DNA of 64,000 nucleotides from Blastocatellia bacterium (GTDB lineage Bacteria; Acidobacteriota; Blastocatellia; RBC074): NCBI GenBank assembly GCA_038211695.1, contig JBBQVH010000022.1, positions 1,602 to 65,601 of the forward strand, read 5' to 3'. Shown piece by piece: positions 62,482 to 64,000 of this stretch (position 1 is its first letter; each line of letters starts with the position of its first letter). The notes under the pieces were generated by a model. It saw only the letters and a program-made list of their open reading frames with translations, ran no database searches and was not told where the DNA came from. The position numbers and the translations under genes were made by a program.

Positions 62482-64000
62482 CGAACCTAAACAATCTGGC
62501 TTGGCCTGCATCGCAGTTAGGCGAAGCGATCAATGCGCTGGCGCGCAAGAGCGGTTTGGCCACTGACGCCGCTGAGCTTCCCAATCCATCGAATCGTTCA
62601 CAGCAGTTTGGGCAGTGGATTGAAGCGGCGGCTGAAAAGTTGGGATTGGAAGCGGAAGAAGTTGGCGCGCTGTATGGCGAAGTTGAGCGAATGATTTTGA
62701 CGGCTGGCCCGGCGTTGTTGCGCTTGCCGGACGAATCAAAGTTTCTGGCCGTGCTCGGCGGCAAGCGCGGGAAAGTTGCTTTGCTTGCGCCCGATCTGAG
62801 TGTGCGGCGAATTCCTATGGAGGCGGTTCGCTCGCTGTTGTGCCGCGAACACGAAGCGCCGCTCATCGGCGAAGTGGATGAACTGTTGCTGCAAGCTGGA
62901 GTGTCGCGCAGTCGCTTGGCGCGGGCGCGGGCGGCGATTCTGCGCCAGCGATTGAGCGGAGTTTGGATCAACGATTGTTGGCTGCTGCGGATGACGCCTG
63001 GCACGGGGTTCGTCAAACAACTCCGGCAAGCGCGATTGCCGCGACTGCTGGGCGCGCTGGCCGGGACGTATGCGTTTCAATTCGCGCTGGGCTTGTTGGG
63101 GTGGTGGGTGTTGGGGCGGGGCTTGTTGGGCGGGCAATTGGATCGCGGCTGGTTACTGGCTTGGGCGTTGTTGCTGTTGACGGCGGTGCCGTTCCGATTG
63201 CTGGCCGTGTGGGCGCAGGGGCGATTCGCCATCGGCGCTGGCAGTCTGCTTAAACAGCGATTGCTCTTCGGCGCGTTGCGGCTGAAGCCGGAAGAGGTTC
63301 GTAACGAAGGCGCAGGGCAGATGCTGGGCCGCGTGATCGAATCGAACGCGGTCGAATCGCTGACTTTGAGCGGCGGGTTTCTGGGCGTGGTGGCGGTGAT
63401 CGAATTGATCGCGGCGGCGATGGTCTTGAGTGTTGGCGCTGGCGGATGGCTGCACGTGCTGTTGCTGGTTGGATGGGTTGGGCTGGCCGTCGTTCTGGGC
63501 TGGATTCATTTTCGGCGGCGGCGCGATTGGACTACGGCGCGGCTGGATATGACCAACGACCTGATCGAACGAATGGTCGGCCATCGCACGCGGCTGGCGC
63601 AGGAAGCGCCCGCACGCTGGCACGACGGCGAAGACCAGGCGGTCGAACATTACCTGTCGCAATCGGCGACGATGGATCGCGCAGCGGTGATGCAATCCGC
63701 CGTGGCGCGTGGCTGGCTGTTCGTCGCGCTGCTGGGATTGAGTCCGGCGTTTGTGTCGGCTGCGGTCGCGCCTGCGGCGTTGGCTGTCAGCTTGGGCGGA
63801 ATGCTGCTGGCGTATCGAGCATTGGCGAAACTGGCTGCCAGCCTTTCATCGCTGCTCAGCGCGGGGATTGCGTGGCGGCAAGTCGCGCCGCTCATTGAAG
63901 CCGCTGGGCGATGCGAAGAGGCCGGATCACTGCTGGCCGAAGTTGGCAGCGAATCGCAGGCAGCGTCAGGCGGAGCAGTCGTTGAAGCGCACGATCTGAC
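62478..64000 (+). CDS. Second ABC exporter subunit (permease/ATPase type with degenerate, Cys-less N-terminal domain), 3' end outside window
   Basis: Not in the ORF track because there is no stop in the window. ATG 62478 overlaps the PCAT stop (ATGA) and the frame stays open to 64000. My translation is MTNLNNLAWPASQLGEAINALARKSGL..., followed by ABC-type TM helices (LLGALAGTYAFQFALGLLGWWVL...). Confidence 0.8.
   Translation, partial: MTNLNNLAWPASQLGEAINALARKSGLATDAAELPNPSNRSQQFGQWIEAAAEKLGLEAEEVGALYGEVERMILTAGPALLRLPDESKFLAVLGGKRGKVALLAPDLSVRRIPMEAVRSLLCREHEAPLIGEVDELLLQAGVSRSRLARARAAILRQRLSGVWINDCWLLRMTPGTGFVKQLRQARLPRLLGALAGTYAFQFALGLLGWWVLGRGLLGGQLDRGWLLAWALLLLTAVPFRLLAVWAQGRFAIGAGSLLKQRLLFGALRLKPEEVRNEGAGQMLGRVIESNAVESLTLSGGFLGVVAVIELIAAAMVLSVGAGGWLHVLLLVGWVGLAVVLGWIHFRRRRDWTTARLDMTNDLIERMVGHRTRLAQEAPARWHDGEDQAVEHYLSQSATMDRAAVMQSAVARGWLFVALLGLSPAFVSAAVAPAALAVSLGGMLLAYRALAKLAASLSSLLSAGIAWRQVAPLIEAAGRCEEAGSLLAEVGSESQAASGGAVVEAHDL

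Overview
GC-rich bacterial chromosomal window. The gene content looks Acidobacteriota-like, because it has an ECF sigma / Ser-Thr-kinase-TPR pair, NHL and PD40 propeller proteins, and many REP-like palindromes. This taxonomic call is inference, not verified.

Four blocks:
(1) 1-3.6 kb: the tail of a serine hydrolase gene and a large secreted beta-helix/CAP protein.
(2) 4.1-35.7 kb: about 28 co-directional minus-strand genes, many with overlapping stop/start codons. They encode surface-polysaccharide synthesis: GT2/GT4 transferases, three AsnB-family amidotransferases, a CapK-like ligase, a Wzy-like membrane protein and Wzm/Wzt ABC export. A neuB/neuC/neuA nonulosonic-acid module is interrupted by an FkbH-ACP-dehydratase/reductase acyl module.
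(3) 36.3-48.9 kb: large secreted PKD/HYR/IPT and NHL/beta-helix proteins, HtrA, and a TolB-like protein.
(4) 49-64 kb: the most interesting part.
- It starts with a PqqD-family protein and an HPr-kinase-like P-loop protein, followed by the ECF sigma and a membrane Ser/Thr kinase.
- Three adjacent genes then encode signal-less, very basic proteins. They are built entirely from about 22 short cassettes: KVKxxVKAG(G), a hypervariable 3-11 aa centre, then NHNQT.
- Last come a TPR protein and a translationally coupled HlyD / C39-peptidase ABC / second ABC export trio that runs off the window.

I read block 4 as a candidate undescribed multi-cassette secreted-peptide (RiPP-like or amyloid-like) system. 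The locus is punctuated by unusual palindromes and (GCGGATT)n heptamer repeats, several of them inserted in-frame in genes.

I found no rRNA, tRNA, CRISPR array, transposase or integrase. All motif coordinates were counted by hand (about +/-2 nt). No database search or computation was run.
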